Shown: positions 1-8,203, counted from the first letter of the stretch. The stretch: DNA of 24,000 nucleotides from Candidatus Woesearchaeota archaeon (GCA_018653365.1 JABIAG010000001.1:210526-234525), one strand, 5' to 3'. A program made the numbers and translations. The notes: a model not told the origin generated them from the sequence alone.

Positions 1-575
1 AGCAAAAACCCGTTTGTAGTATGATCATGAGTGTTCACGATCAAGTCAGGGGGGATGTAATATGATGAATACAGGTTATCTTTCACTAATTGCTTAGAGA
101 GTTGATCTGGGGCGATCTTCTCATATTGAATACTTCGTAAAATAATTCGTAACGAATTTAAGATTTCTTCTTGACCATCATAATTAAGACATAAATTTAG
201 AAAATACTGATCATGATCTGCGGTCTTATCTACAACTGTTTTAATAGCGTCTACGACTTTAGAGGGGAGATCATACCATTTACCCAAAACAGAAACTTTT
301 ATCCGCTTATCATGAACTAAAGGATTGTCAGCAAGATTATTTAACAAGTCAACAATTGAATCCATGTTCTGAGCAAAGTTTTCAATATGAAACTGAGATA
401 AGTTAAATGTGAAGATTAGAATTTTATTCTTAATACAAAAATCTACTGACTCAATTAATCTCTTATTTCTTGATTCTAATGCTGATTCCACCGAAACTGA
501 ATTAATATCAGCCCAATATCCTGCATCTTTAACATTAAAAGCAATATGTTTTGGTCTAAGGGAGGTTTTAAACAT
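1..575 (-). CDS. cis-prenyltransferase (undecaprenyl diphosphate synthase)-like protein, 3' end off the window, catalytically degenerate
   Basis: Own minus-strand translation from ATG at 573-575, open to the window edge (absent from ORF track): MFKTSLRPKHIAFNVKDAGYWADINSVS...LTFNLSQFHIENF-like core (read as KNKILIFTFNLSQFHIENFAQ), ...KVSVLGKWYDLPSKVVDAIK..., ...YFLNLCLNYDGQEEILNSLR..., ...LYSSYYIPPDLIVNTHDHTTNGFLL. Block order matches UppS (HIAIIMDGNRRWA, STENF, LNIALNYGGR.EI, DLLIRTSGE.RLSNFLLW). Confidence 0.75.
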   Translation of the reverse strand, partial: MFKTSLRPKHIAFNVKDAGYWADINSVSVESALESRNKRLIESVDFCIKNKILIFTFNLSQFHIENFAQNMDSIVDLLNNLADNPLVHDKRIKVSVLGKWYDLPSKVVDAIKTVVDKTADHDQYFLNLCLNYDGQEEILNSLRIILRSIQYEKIAPDQLSKQLVKDNLYSSYYIPPDLIVNTHDHTTNGFL

Positions 576-647
576 GATTAAAGGGAATGTCAAGGCAAAT
601 ATAAAGATAATGGATATATTTAAATATCAAAAGAATAGAGACAAAAA

Positions 648-1472
648 ATGCTATTTGAGATAATTGCGGTAATTGTGTTAACAATTGCAACTTATACAGA
701 TATAAAAGAAAGAGAGGTATCAGACTGGTTAAGCTGGGGATTTGTAATCTTTGCATTAGTACTAAGAGGGGTGATGTCTATAACACAAAATTCATACTTG
801 CCTATCTTAAAAGGTTTAGTTGGATTTGGATTGTTCTTTGGAGTAGGATATTTGCTGTATAGATTAAACCAGTGGGGTGGAGCAGATGCAAAAATTCTGG
901 GGGGATTGGGTGCATTGTTTGGAATTTGGATTGTTGGAGGCTTCATGATAAATTTTGTAGTTAATTTATTACTTGTTGGAGCAGCCTACGGATTAATTTA
1001 TGGCCTAATTTTAGTATGGAAAAACCGAGCACAAGTAAAACTTGTGAAATTAAAATACACTAAGTTACTAACCTTTACGGTACTTATTTTGATAATTATC
1101 GGAATGTTCTTTTTACCTGATGTGCAACTTAAAATAATGTTCTTAATCTTAATTCTATTAGTATATGCTATGCCTTATGCAATGGTTGTTTTGACCGCAC
1201 TACAAACACAAGTACTAAAAAAATGGGTTTCACCCTCAGTATTAACAGAGGGAGACTGGATATCAAAAGATGTAATTGTAAAAGGGAAAGTAATCTGTGC
1301 AAGAAAAGATAATGGAGTTAGTTTAGCACAAATTAGAAAGTTAAAACGGTTAAAAGTAAAAAAAGTATTAGTAATGGAAGGGATACCCTTCTTACCAAGT
1401 TTTTTGATTGCATTTATTCTAACTTGGTTAGGTGGAAACTTTATAGTTTTTGTAATAAACATATTAAGGTAA
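648..1472 (+). CDS. A24 family prepilin/preflagellin peptidase-like membrane protein
   Basis: Multi-TM protein with the two A24 aspartate motifs: TDIKEREVSDW and GGADAKILGGLGALFG. Confidence 0.8.
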   Translation: MLFEIIAVIVLTIATYTDIKEREVSDWLSWGFVIFALVLRGVMSITQNSYLPILKGLVGFGLFFGVGYLLYRLNQWGGADAKILGGLGALFGIWIVGGFMINFVVNLLLVGAAYGLIYGLILVWKNRAQVKLVKLKYTKLLTFTVLILIIIGMFFLPDVQLKIMFLILILLVYAMPYAMVVLTALQTQVLKKWVSPSVLTEGDWISKDVIVKGKVICARKDNGVSLAQIRKLKRLKVKKVLVMEGIPFLPSFLIAFILTWLGGNFIVFVINILR

Positions 1473-1970
1473 TCGGGTAATAACGCTCTTAACCCAAGAA
1501 GAATCTTTTATTTCTTGTTTTTCCTCTTTAACTTCTTCTACTTCTTCAGCAGGAGCTTCTTTGCCTAAAACTATTTTGTTACAAGCATTTTTCAACTTAA
1601 GCTCAATCACTCCAAATTCTTCTTTGTCTAATTGTTTTGGTTGCCACTCAAAATTCAAAGAATCATTTTGTTTTCGCGGAATTATATTAACCGCAAGATG
1701 AGGAATCTTCTGGCCTGCGCCTGTTCCATTCTGAATTAAAGTATTTGTTCCTTCAGCACCAAATGCCTCAAATAAAGCAGATGAAAGAACATTAGCAGTA
1801 TCAAAAAGTTTTCCTGCAAGTTCTTCAGGAACTTGCTCAAGAATAGTATAATGTTCTTTAGTTGTAAGAATTATGTGCCCAGGTACTGCAGGAGTATCAC
1901 TAAGAAAAGCAACAAGGTTTTCATCTTCATAAACCTTTCTTTCAATGTTCTCACAATATTTGCATGTCAT
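1464..1970 (-). CDS. HIT-fold protein, degenerate histidine triad (PHLAVNIIPR)
   Basis: CKYC...VYEDENLVAFLSDTPAVPGHIILTTKEHYTIL...LIQNGTGAGQKIPHLAVNIIPRK matches the HIT layout; triad His positions 2 and 3 replaced by A and N. Confidence 0.85.
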   Translation of the reverse strand: MTCKYCENIERKVYEDENLVAFLSDTPAVPGHIILTTKEHYTILEQVPEELAGKLFDTANVLSSALFEAFGAEGTNTLIQNGTGAGQKIPHLAVNIIPRKQNDSLNFEWQPKQLDKEEFGVIELKLKNACNKIVLGKEAPAEEVEEVKEEKQEIKDSSWVKSVITRLP

Positions 1971-2980
1971 TAAGTAAATAAGCTAGCAATATCATCTAAA
2001 CTAGCAGCCTCTTTTGGTTTTTCTTTTTCTGGTTCGGGTTGTTTTCCCGGTTTTTCTTTTGGTTTGTCTTTGGTTTCTTTTGTCTTTTTTCCTTTTGACT
2101 TTCTTCCCCTATTCATTGGTGAAGACTGAATTTCTAAATTAGCATCAACATAGTATAAACGATTCTTTTCTCTTGTGATCCCAACAACTTTAACCTTTTC
2201 TTTAGGTTGTTTACCTTTCTTTCTACCCCTAACCATCTTAACTCTAGAAATATCCCCTTCCTTATCAACAAAGTAAAGAAAACCTTTTTCTTTTTTTGAT
2301 TCTGATACTTCGGGTTCAGGAGGTACGGGTGTTGTCTCTTCAGGTGTTGGTGGAACCGGAGTTGTTTCCTCAGGAGTTGGGGGGAGAGGTTCTGGTTGTT
2401 GTTCTTCAGGTTCTTCTTTAACTTCTTCTGCGGGTTTGGGTTCATCATCCGCAATTTCAATTCCTAACTTCTTAGAAATGAATGCCTTTAAATCAGAAGC
2501 AAGAGATTCAAGTTGAGTAGTATCAATCTTATTTTCTTGAAGGTCAAAACAGGTTAAACCATCCTTATCTTTTCTTGGTACAATATGAATCATAAAGTGT
2601 TGAGCTCTTTGACCTGCAGGAAGACCATTAGCAATAAAAATACTAGTTCCTTCACATTTTAATGATTGTAAACAACAATTAGAAAGTGCTTTAGTAATCT
2701 TGCCCATCCGTTCCATTACATCTTGAGGTACTTGAGGACCAACCTGGAGATGCTTCTTAGGCATAAGTAAAATATGGCCAGGATTAGCAGGATTAATATC
2801 TAATATTGCTAAACAATCATCATCTTCGTAGATACGAGTGGATTCGATCTTTCCATCAATAATCTGACAAAAAATACACTGTTGTCTAAAGAATGCTTCA
2901 CGCTCCTCAGGAGACATCTTAGCTAATTTTTCTTGAAATTCTTTTATTTGTTCTTCAGTAGGTTGTTCTTGTTCAGGCAT
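1970..2980 (-). CDS. HIT-fold protein with Pro/Glu/Thr linker and duplicated C-terminal LY[FY]VD...RGRKxKGK motif
   Basis: CIFCQIIDGKIESTRIYEDDDCLAILDINPANPGHILLMPKKH...GQRAQHFMIHIVPRKDKDG; linker PTPEETTPVPPTPEETTPVPP; two copies of an LY-VD/RGRK motif. TAATG junction with the downstream HIT gene. Confidence 0.85.
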   Translation of the reverse strand: MPEQEQPTEEQIKEFQEKLAKMSPEEREAFFRQQCIFCQIIDGKIESTRIYEDDDCLAILDINPANPGHILLMPKKHLQVGPQVPQDVMERMGKITKALSNCCLQSLKCEGTSIFIANGLPAGQRAQHFMIHIVPRKDKDGLTCFDLQENKIDTTQLESLASDLKAFISKKLGIEIADDEPKPAEEVKEEPEEQQPEPLPPTPEETTPVPPTPEETTPVPPEPEVSESKKEKGFLYFVDKEGDISRVKMVRGRKKGKQPKEKVKVVGITREKNRLYYVDANLEIQSSPMNRGRKSKGKKTKETKDKPKEKPGKQPEPEKEKPKEAASLDDIASLFT

Positions 2981-3026
2981 AATAGAATGATTGGGTTGAG
3001 GTATTTAAATGTTATTTGTTTTGAGG

Positions 3027-3575
3027 TTAGGCCAACTCTTTTTTTAGAATTTTATGTGCAACATTTATTTGTTTAAACTTTTCTGTGTTTCCATTAGCCA
3101 TATCTGGATGATGTTCTTTTGAAAGTTTCTTATAATTTTGATGCATTTCTTCGAAATCTGTTGAATCTTCATCTACTCCCATAGTTTTTCTGGCTTCTTT
3201 TCTTTGTTTAATAATGTCATTATCTTCTTTAAACAAGTTTGAAAATTCTTCGGGAGTTAGTTCTTCATTAACTAAACTTTGAAGAAAGTGTTCAATGACT
3301 TGTGCAACCATGGCCAGATTCTCAACAAATTTTGAGGCATGATTATAACTGAAAAATAAATGTTCATCCCACATATACCAAGAAATTAAAGCTTGTGCTT
3401 TTTTCATCGCAACACGTTCTAACGGAACGTCAATATCATCTTCAGTTAACCCAAATTTTCTTAGATTGCTAATTATCTTATTCTTGTATTGCAAAGCCTT
3501 TCTATCATATGAGTCCCGAATAAATACTTGTTTGAACTCATGTCCTTTAATTTCAGTCATAAGTCTGATATTCAC
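3027..3575 (-). CDS. protein with C-terminal J-domain
   Basis: C-terminus FEEMHQNYKKLSKEHHPDMANGNTEKFKQINVAHKILKK has the J-domain helix II / HPD / helix III pattern. Confidence 0.75.
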   Translation of the reverse strand: MNIRLMTEIKGHEFKQVFIRDSYDRKALQYKNKIISNLRKFGLTEDDIDVPLERVAMKKAQALISWYMWDEHLFFSYNHASKFVENLAMVAQVIEHFLQSLVNEELTPEEFSNLFKEDNDIIKQRKEARKTMGVDEDSTDFEEMHQNYKKLSKEHHPDMANGNTEKFKQINVAHKILKKELA

Positions 3576-3617
3576 GGTTTGTTTATAATGTTAACTGTAT
3601 ATTGAAGAATATAAGAT

Positions 3618-5318
3618 TTATTTATGAGTAAACCAAAATTTGTATTTGTTGTTTTCTATGCTATCTAATCTACAAAAACCAAAACGTTCAAATTGACATA
3701 CGGCATTAACTTTTAATTTAGTTAGGGCGTTTTCAGAAAGACCGTGAATTGTTGTGTTGTCTGGCATAAGAATTTCGGTTTCAATAAGTTTTTCTTTAGG
3801 AAGCCAATGAATAATCGCGTTGCCATCCTTTTTATAATCTTCAAGATTTGTGCTTACAAATTCAAGTTGGTTGTCTTGTTTTTTAAAATTAAGACAATCC
3901 ATAAGTCTGATTAGGTTTCCATTTTCTATCTTATTGAAGTCTTCTGGTGCGAGGTAAAATTCTGTGTTGGTGTTGAACTTCCTTCCCCCTTTTTTATTAT
4001 CTGGATGAAGATCTAACTCAACTGTTTGATTTGGTGCATTGTTGATTGTAATTGCTTTTGGATCTTGAATGAAAAAGAATCTTTCTGCTTGGTTATCTAA
4101 AATTTTTCTACTCTCAGCAGCGATAACATCAAAATCTAAATTCGAATTAGCCTTAGACATACCAATTATCTTGGCAAGCTCATAATATGCTTCTTTTGGA
4201 ATTCCTCTTCTTTTTAGTGCTCTTAATGTAACTAATCTAATATCATCCCAACCATTATAGTTTCCAGATTCAATTAATTGCCTTATTTCTCTACCTTGAG
4301 TAACTGCGTTTTCTATCTTGAAACGAGCATACTGCTTGACTTCAGGATTGGGTAGTTGGAATAAATCTCTAATATGGTCTTGTAGTTCTATTCTAGAATC
4401 AAACTCGTTACTTCTCAAAACATGAGTTATATTGAGTAAACCCTCTTCAATAGCATTTTCAAAATCATACATGGGCCAAACTTTGTACTTAATTCCTTGT
4501 TTGTAATGTTTAGCATAAGCGAGTCTAAAAATAACTGGATCTCGCATTACCGCATTCTTATGTTGCATGTCAATTTTTAACCGCAAAGTTATAGAACCCT
4601 CTTCAGGAGTGCCTTTTTTCATCTCTTCCCAATCCGCTTTGGTTTGAGCATTATCTTTACTTCTGCAAGCACAATCTTCCATTGCACGTCTACCTTTAGA
4701 AATGCCTTCACTCTTACAAGAACAAGTATATGCTTGATCCTTATTTATTAATTGTTCAGCCATGTCATAATATTGATTCATGTGATCAGAAACAAAAACA
4801 GTTTTAGAAGGTTTAATATCAAGATACTCTAAAACATCTTCTTTCATAGCATCAACAAATTCTTCTGTAGATTTTTCGGGATTGGTATCCTCAAATCTCA
4901 AAACACATTTACCTTTGTATTTTAGAGAGTACATATAGTTTAGTAAAAAACTAATTGCATGACCAAAATGATTATACTTAGAAGGTTCAGGACTGATTCT
5001 AGTTATTACTTTGCCCTCAACTGCATTTTTTAACTCAGGTAGTTCATGACGTGACTCTTTACGCTTATCTTTTTGTTCTTTTTGTTCCTCAAAATAGTTT
5101 GGATCAATCTTGAGAAGTTCTGCTTTTTGATCTTCAACAGAAAGTTGGTTAATCTCACCAACAATTTCATTAATTTTTGGCATGATCTCACCCATCTTAG
5201 CTTTTCTACTAGGGTCTTCACCTAAAAGCTTACCAACTAGGGCTCCAGGGTTACACTTACCCTTGAATTTTAGGGCGTTTTCTAATGCATATTTTCGAAT
5301 TGAATCTTCTAAAGACAT
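3618..5318 (-). CDS. gltX: glutamyl-tRNA synthetase, archaeal type (ORF opens at 5369; preferred start is the internal ATG at 5318, MSLEDSIRKYALENALKFKGK)
   Basis: HFGHAISFLLNYMYSLKYKGKCVLRFEDTNPEKS...VWPMYDFENAIEEGLLNITHVLRSNEF...GWDDIRLVTLRALKRRGI. Start at 5318 avoids overlap with the tRNA and lies about 25 nt from a TATA box. Confidence 0.9.
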   Translation of the reverse strand: MSLEDSIRKYALENALKFKGKCNPGALVGKLLGEDPSRKAKMGEIMPKINEIVGEINQLSVEDQKAELLKIDPNYFEEQKEQKDKRKESRHELPELKNAVEGKVITRISPEPSKYNHFGHAISFLLNYMYSLKYKGKCVLRFEDTNPEKSTEEFVDAMKEDVLEYLDIKPSKTVFVSDHMNQYYDMAEQLINKDQAYTCSCKSEGISKGRRAMEDCACRSKDNAQTKADWEEMKKGTPEEGSITLRLKIDMQHKNAVMRDPVIFRLAYAKHYKQGIKYKVWPMYDFENAIEEGLLNITHVLRSNEFDSRIELQDHIRDLFQLPNPEVKQYARFKIENAVTQGREIRQLIESGNYNGWDDIRLVTLRALKRRGIPKEAYYELAKIIGMSKANSNLDFDVIAAESRKILDNQAERFFFIQDPKAITINNAPNQTVELDLHPDNKKGGRKFNTNTEFYLAPEDFNKIENGNLIRLMDCLNFKKQDNQLEFVSTNLEDYKKDGNAIIHWLPKEKLIETEILMPDNTTIHGLSENALTKLKVNAVCQFERFGFCRLDSIENNKYKFWFTHK

Positions 5319-5336
5319 AGAAAGTTTTAAATTATA

Positions 5337-5349
5337 AACATATATAAAG
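5337..5349. promoter_or_regulatory. candidate shared/bidirectional TATA box (acatatataaag) for gltX (-) and tRNA-Ala (+)
   Basis: Only strong TATA-like element in the 40 bp between the gltX ATG (5318) and tRNA-Ala start (5359); self-complementary TATATA core. Confidence 0.5.
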
Positions 5350-5358
5350 TTTTGTAAA

Positions 5359-5430
5359 GGGCCCTTCATATAGTAGCTATTATTCCCGGCTGGCAGTCGG
5401 GCAACTCGGGTGCAAGTCCCGGAGGGTCCA
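5359..5430 (+). tRNA. tRNA-Ala(GGC), atypical D and T loops
   Basis: Hand fold: acceptor gggccct/agggtcc with G3:U70, discriminator A, anticodon arm cccgg-ctGGCag-tcggg, T arm tcggg-tgcaagt-cccgg. D arm weak. Confidence 0.75.
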
Positions 5431-5476
5431 CTTTAATGTTCTAATAACATATCACAAAATGTGAAATACATTTTGA

Positions 5477-5971
5477 ATGTATGGTCAACAAGTTAACTCC
5501 AACATATCACAAGATTTAAATAGATTGATATCGAAAATATATAAAACTATTTTCGGGGGTGAAAATATGGCATTAGGAATATTATCTCCAGGAGTACAAA
5601 TACTCTCAAATGTGATTGCACTATTAGTAACAATCTTCATTGGGGCATGGATACTACAACTGGCAGGAAAGATATTTAAAGAAAAAATAAGTTATAAAAA
5701 AGGATTGGGCCCAGCAACCATTATTGGAATTGTGGGTTTCTTAATTGCATTGCCAGGAGTGTTTGTTTCAGGACTAGCAATAGCATTTGGAATAGTAAAC
5801 TTTGTAGTAGTATTGTTACTATACTTGTTCCTACCAAAAATGATGCTTGGAATTAAGAAGGGCGTTGTACTAGGACTAGTTTGGTGGGTATTCATGCTGA
5901 TTGTTGGCTTGATTATCGCATTAATCGTGGGATTAATACTTGCTGCAATATTTATGGCTAGTGTGCTATAA
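5477..5971 (+). CDS. small polytopic membrane protein of unknown function (start may be further downstream, e.g. near 5567)
   Basis: Long ORF; roughly 4 predicted hydrophobic helices separated by short Lys-containing loops. Confidence 0.6.
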   Translation: MYGQQVNSNISQDLNRLISKIYKTIFGGENMALGILSPGVQILSNVIALLVTIFIGAWILQLAGKIFKEKISYKKGLGPATIIGIVGFLIALPGVFVSGLAIAFGIVNFVVVLLLYLFLPKMMLGIKKGVVLGLVWWVFMLIVGLIIALIVGLILAAIFMASVL

Positions 5972-6239
5972 TTTTTTTTATTTTTTTATATTCTTCTTCC
6001 GAACAATTAACAGAAATAATGTTTAACTTAGTTATGACAAACCAGGCAAACTTGTCTTTAAATATTTCTTCATTTAATGTGTTAATGTCACTAATTTGCC
6101 GCTTAGAAAGCGGTTTTTCAAGTTTAATAATCACTTAAATGCACCCCATTTAATTAAGTCAACTACAAATGCAGAAATAAGACAAAATCCAATTATAAAA
6201 TAAATTAAAAGGAGTTGCATTTTTGAATACTTGGTGGTT

Positions 6240-6740
6240 TTAGCAAGACAAATCATTTTTGCCTCCGGTTGTACAAAATATTTTATTGTTGATTATATCA
6301 TATGAATTTATTTCTGGTAAGTCAACTTTAGATTTGCAACAAATGTTGTGAGCAGAATTTACTATGATTGCTTCAGTTGAGCTGTCATGTTCCCTTAAGG
6401 TTAGTTCAAGTTCTTTCTTCATCTCTTTTAATATTTCTAATTCTTTCTGAAGGCTGGCCAATCTACTGGTTGAATTTTTGAGATTTTGTTTAATCTTAGA
6501 AATTTCTGTTGACAGGTGTTCATTAGTATCGCTTGTTTCAACTGCGGTTTTTTGGGTGTGGTCTAGCTGTTTGTTGAGTTGATCTAAATTATAATTGTAA
6601 TCTTCTAGTGTGGTGTCGGTATTTTTTATATTGTTATAAATTACAAATCCTGTGGCTGCGGGTTTGATAATGAAAAGGAAAAGCAATATGCTTAACGGGA
6701 CCAGTGCAAGTGCATAATATCCTGTGTTGTTTTTTTTCAT
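6240..6740 (-). CDS. N-terminally membrane-anchored coiled-coil protein with Cys residues at the C-terminal region
   Basis: TM segment YYALALVPLSILLFLFIIKPAATGFVIYNNI followed by heptad-like K/E/L-rich region; CC and FC/SC Cys near the C-terminus. Confidence 0.7.
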   Translation of the reverse strand: MKKNNTGYYALALVPLSILLFLFIIKPAATGFVIYNNIKNTDTTLEDYNYNLDQLNKQLDHTQKTAVETSDTNEHLSTEISKIKQNLKNSTSRLASLQKELEILKEMKKELELTLREHDSSTEAIIVNSAHNICCKSKVDLPEINSYDIINNKIFCTTGGKNDLSC

Positions 6741-6862
6741 TAGGTTACCTCTAAAAGTTGAGAACTAAAACTACCTCTTTTCAGATTATTTAAAATACTT
6801 TCGGTTTTGGTATATGTAATATATATCGACTGTTTTTAAACTAAAAGCTATCATGAGAGGGT

Positions 6863-8200
6863 ATGATTGACATATTCTTGGTTGTTGGTTATTTTATAAT
6901 TGTATTATTTATTGGAATATATGCCTCTAGAAAAGAGAGTAAAGAGGGATTTCTTATTGGGGAACGGAAGATGGGAACCCTATCTTTGTCCTCATCAATT
7001 TCAGCAAGTCTACTAGGGGGAGGAATATTAGTAGCATATGCAGCCTATGTTTACCAGTATGGAATGTCAGCAATGTGGTTATTTCTTGGATTAGCAGTGG
7101 GACTTGTAATGTTGTTATTATACGGGAAGAAGATAAAACATTTCGCTGACAGAAAACAACTCTACACAATTTCTGATTATTTTAAAGAATTATACGGGAA
7201 ATCAACAGGGTTAGTAACAACTTTAGTGATTATCTTGGTTTTTATCTTCATGGTGGTTATAGAATTTATTGCAGGTGGAAAAATGCTAAGTAGCCTGTTC
7301 GGAACTTCATATGCATTTGCAGTTTTGATAATGGCAATAATAATTTTAGTCTATTTAATTCTGGGCGGATTTAAATCTGTAGTTAAAACAGATGCATTTC
7401 AGTACTTAATTGCGTTATTGTTCGGAATTATTATAACTTTTGTACTCTTTGGAAAAACTACCTTGCCATTAAAAGAATTCAGTCTGGGGACAATGGGTTG
7501 GGGTAATTCAATAGCCTTTGTGATTATTGGGGCATTTGCAGTTTTTGCTGCAGCCGATATGTGGCAAAGGATATATGCAGCTAAAAGTGTAAAAGTTGCT
7601 AAAAAGTCTATGGGTTGGGCAATACTTCTTGTTTTGATATTCGGGTTTATAATTGCAATAGTTGGAATTGCTGCCAAGGTTAACTTTTCAGGATTAAATC
7701 CCCAAGATGCGATGGTTTATGGACTTTCAAATTTATTACCTACTGGAATTTTAGGATTAGGTCTGGTGCTGTTGTTTGCAGCAATAATGTCATCAATAGA
7801 TACGGGATTATTTATTTTGGGAATGGGAATCTCAAAAGATATCACTGGATCTTTTAAAACAATAACAAAAGAAAAACTTGTAAGAATTACAAGATACTCC
7901 ATATTCTGCTTTGTTGTACTTACGGTCTTGATCTCATTATTCTTTCAAAATGTGGTTTCAATAGCACTTGTTTTCGCAAGCATTAATCTAGCATTAATTC
8001 CCGCACTAATTGGAAGTTTTCACTTCAACTTGAAGGGAAAAGCAGTATTTTGGAGCATTCTTATTGGGTTGATATCAGTTCCAATCGCATTGCCCTTTTT
8101 AGGTGTAACCCCTGAAAGTGCAGTAATTTCTTTGCCTGTGGCTTTGATTGTGTTGTTAGTTGGACAAGCAATATTTAAAAAGAATAAAACTCTAATTTAA
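6863..8200 (+). CDS. sodium:solute symporter family (SSS) transporter
   Basis: About 12 TM; ESKEGFLIGERKMGTLSLSSSISASLLGGG...YTISDYFKELYG...GGFKSVVKTDAFQYLIAL... typical of SSS/PutP-like transporters. Confidence 0.8.
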   Translation: MIDIFLVVGYFIIVLFIGIYASRKESKEGFLIGERKMGTLSLSSSISASLLGGGILVAYAAYVYQYGMSAMWLFLGLAVGLVMLLLYGKKIKHFADRKQLYTISDYFKELYGKSTGLVTTLVIILVFIFMVVIEFIAGGKMLSSLFGTSYAFAVLIMAIIILVYLILGGFKSVVKTDAFQYLIALLFGIIITFVLFGKTTLPLKEFSLGTMGWGNSIAFVIIGAFAVFAAADMWQRIYAAKSVKVAKKSMGWAILLVLIFGFIIAIVGIAAKVNFSGLNPQDAMVYGLSNLLPTGILGLGLVLLFAAIMSSIDTGLFILGMGISKDITGSFKTITKEKLVRITRYSIFCFVVLTVLISLFFQNVVSIALVFASINLALIPALIGSFHFNLKGKAVFWSILIGLISVPIALPFLGVTPESAVISLPVALIVLLVGQAIFKKNKTLI

Positions 8201-8203
8201 GAA

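Noticed and set aside
415-450. Possible frameshift in the left-edge UppS-like gene
   Set aside because: An initial reading with four A's gave a frame break; the supplied ORF translation (LIQKSTDS) requires CAAAAA (five A's), which restores one continuous minus-strand frame.
409-663. 84-aa plus-strand ORF
   Set aside because: Antisense to the well-supported cis-prenyltransferase-like gene and overlaps the A24 peptidase start; no recognisable protein features.
2134-2460. 108-aa minus-strand ORF of Lys/Asn/Gln-rich sequence
   Set aside because: Alternate frame inside the repetitive Pro/Glu linker of the HIT protein; composition artefact.
5030-5221. 63-aa minus-strand ORF
   Set aside because: Out-of-frame ORF inside gltX.
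5971-6230. Small minus-strand ORFs, including a 28-aa TM peptide MQLLLIYFIIGFCLISAFVVDLIKWGAFK and a GTG-start ORF after it
   Set aside because: Very short, with the second running antisense through the membrane protein gene; cannot be distinguished from chance in AT-rich DNA.
6954-7902. Minus-strand ORFs within the SSS transporter
   Set aside because: Antisense shadows of a clear transporter gene.
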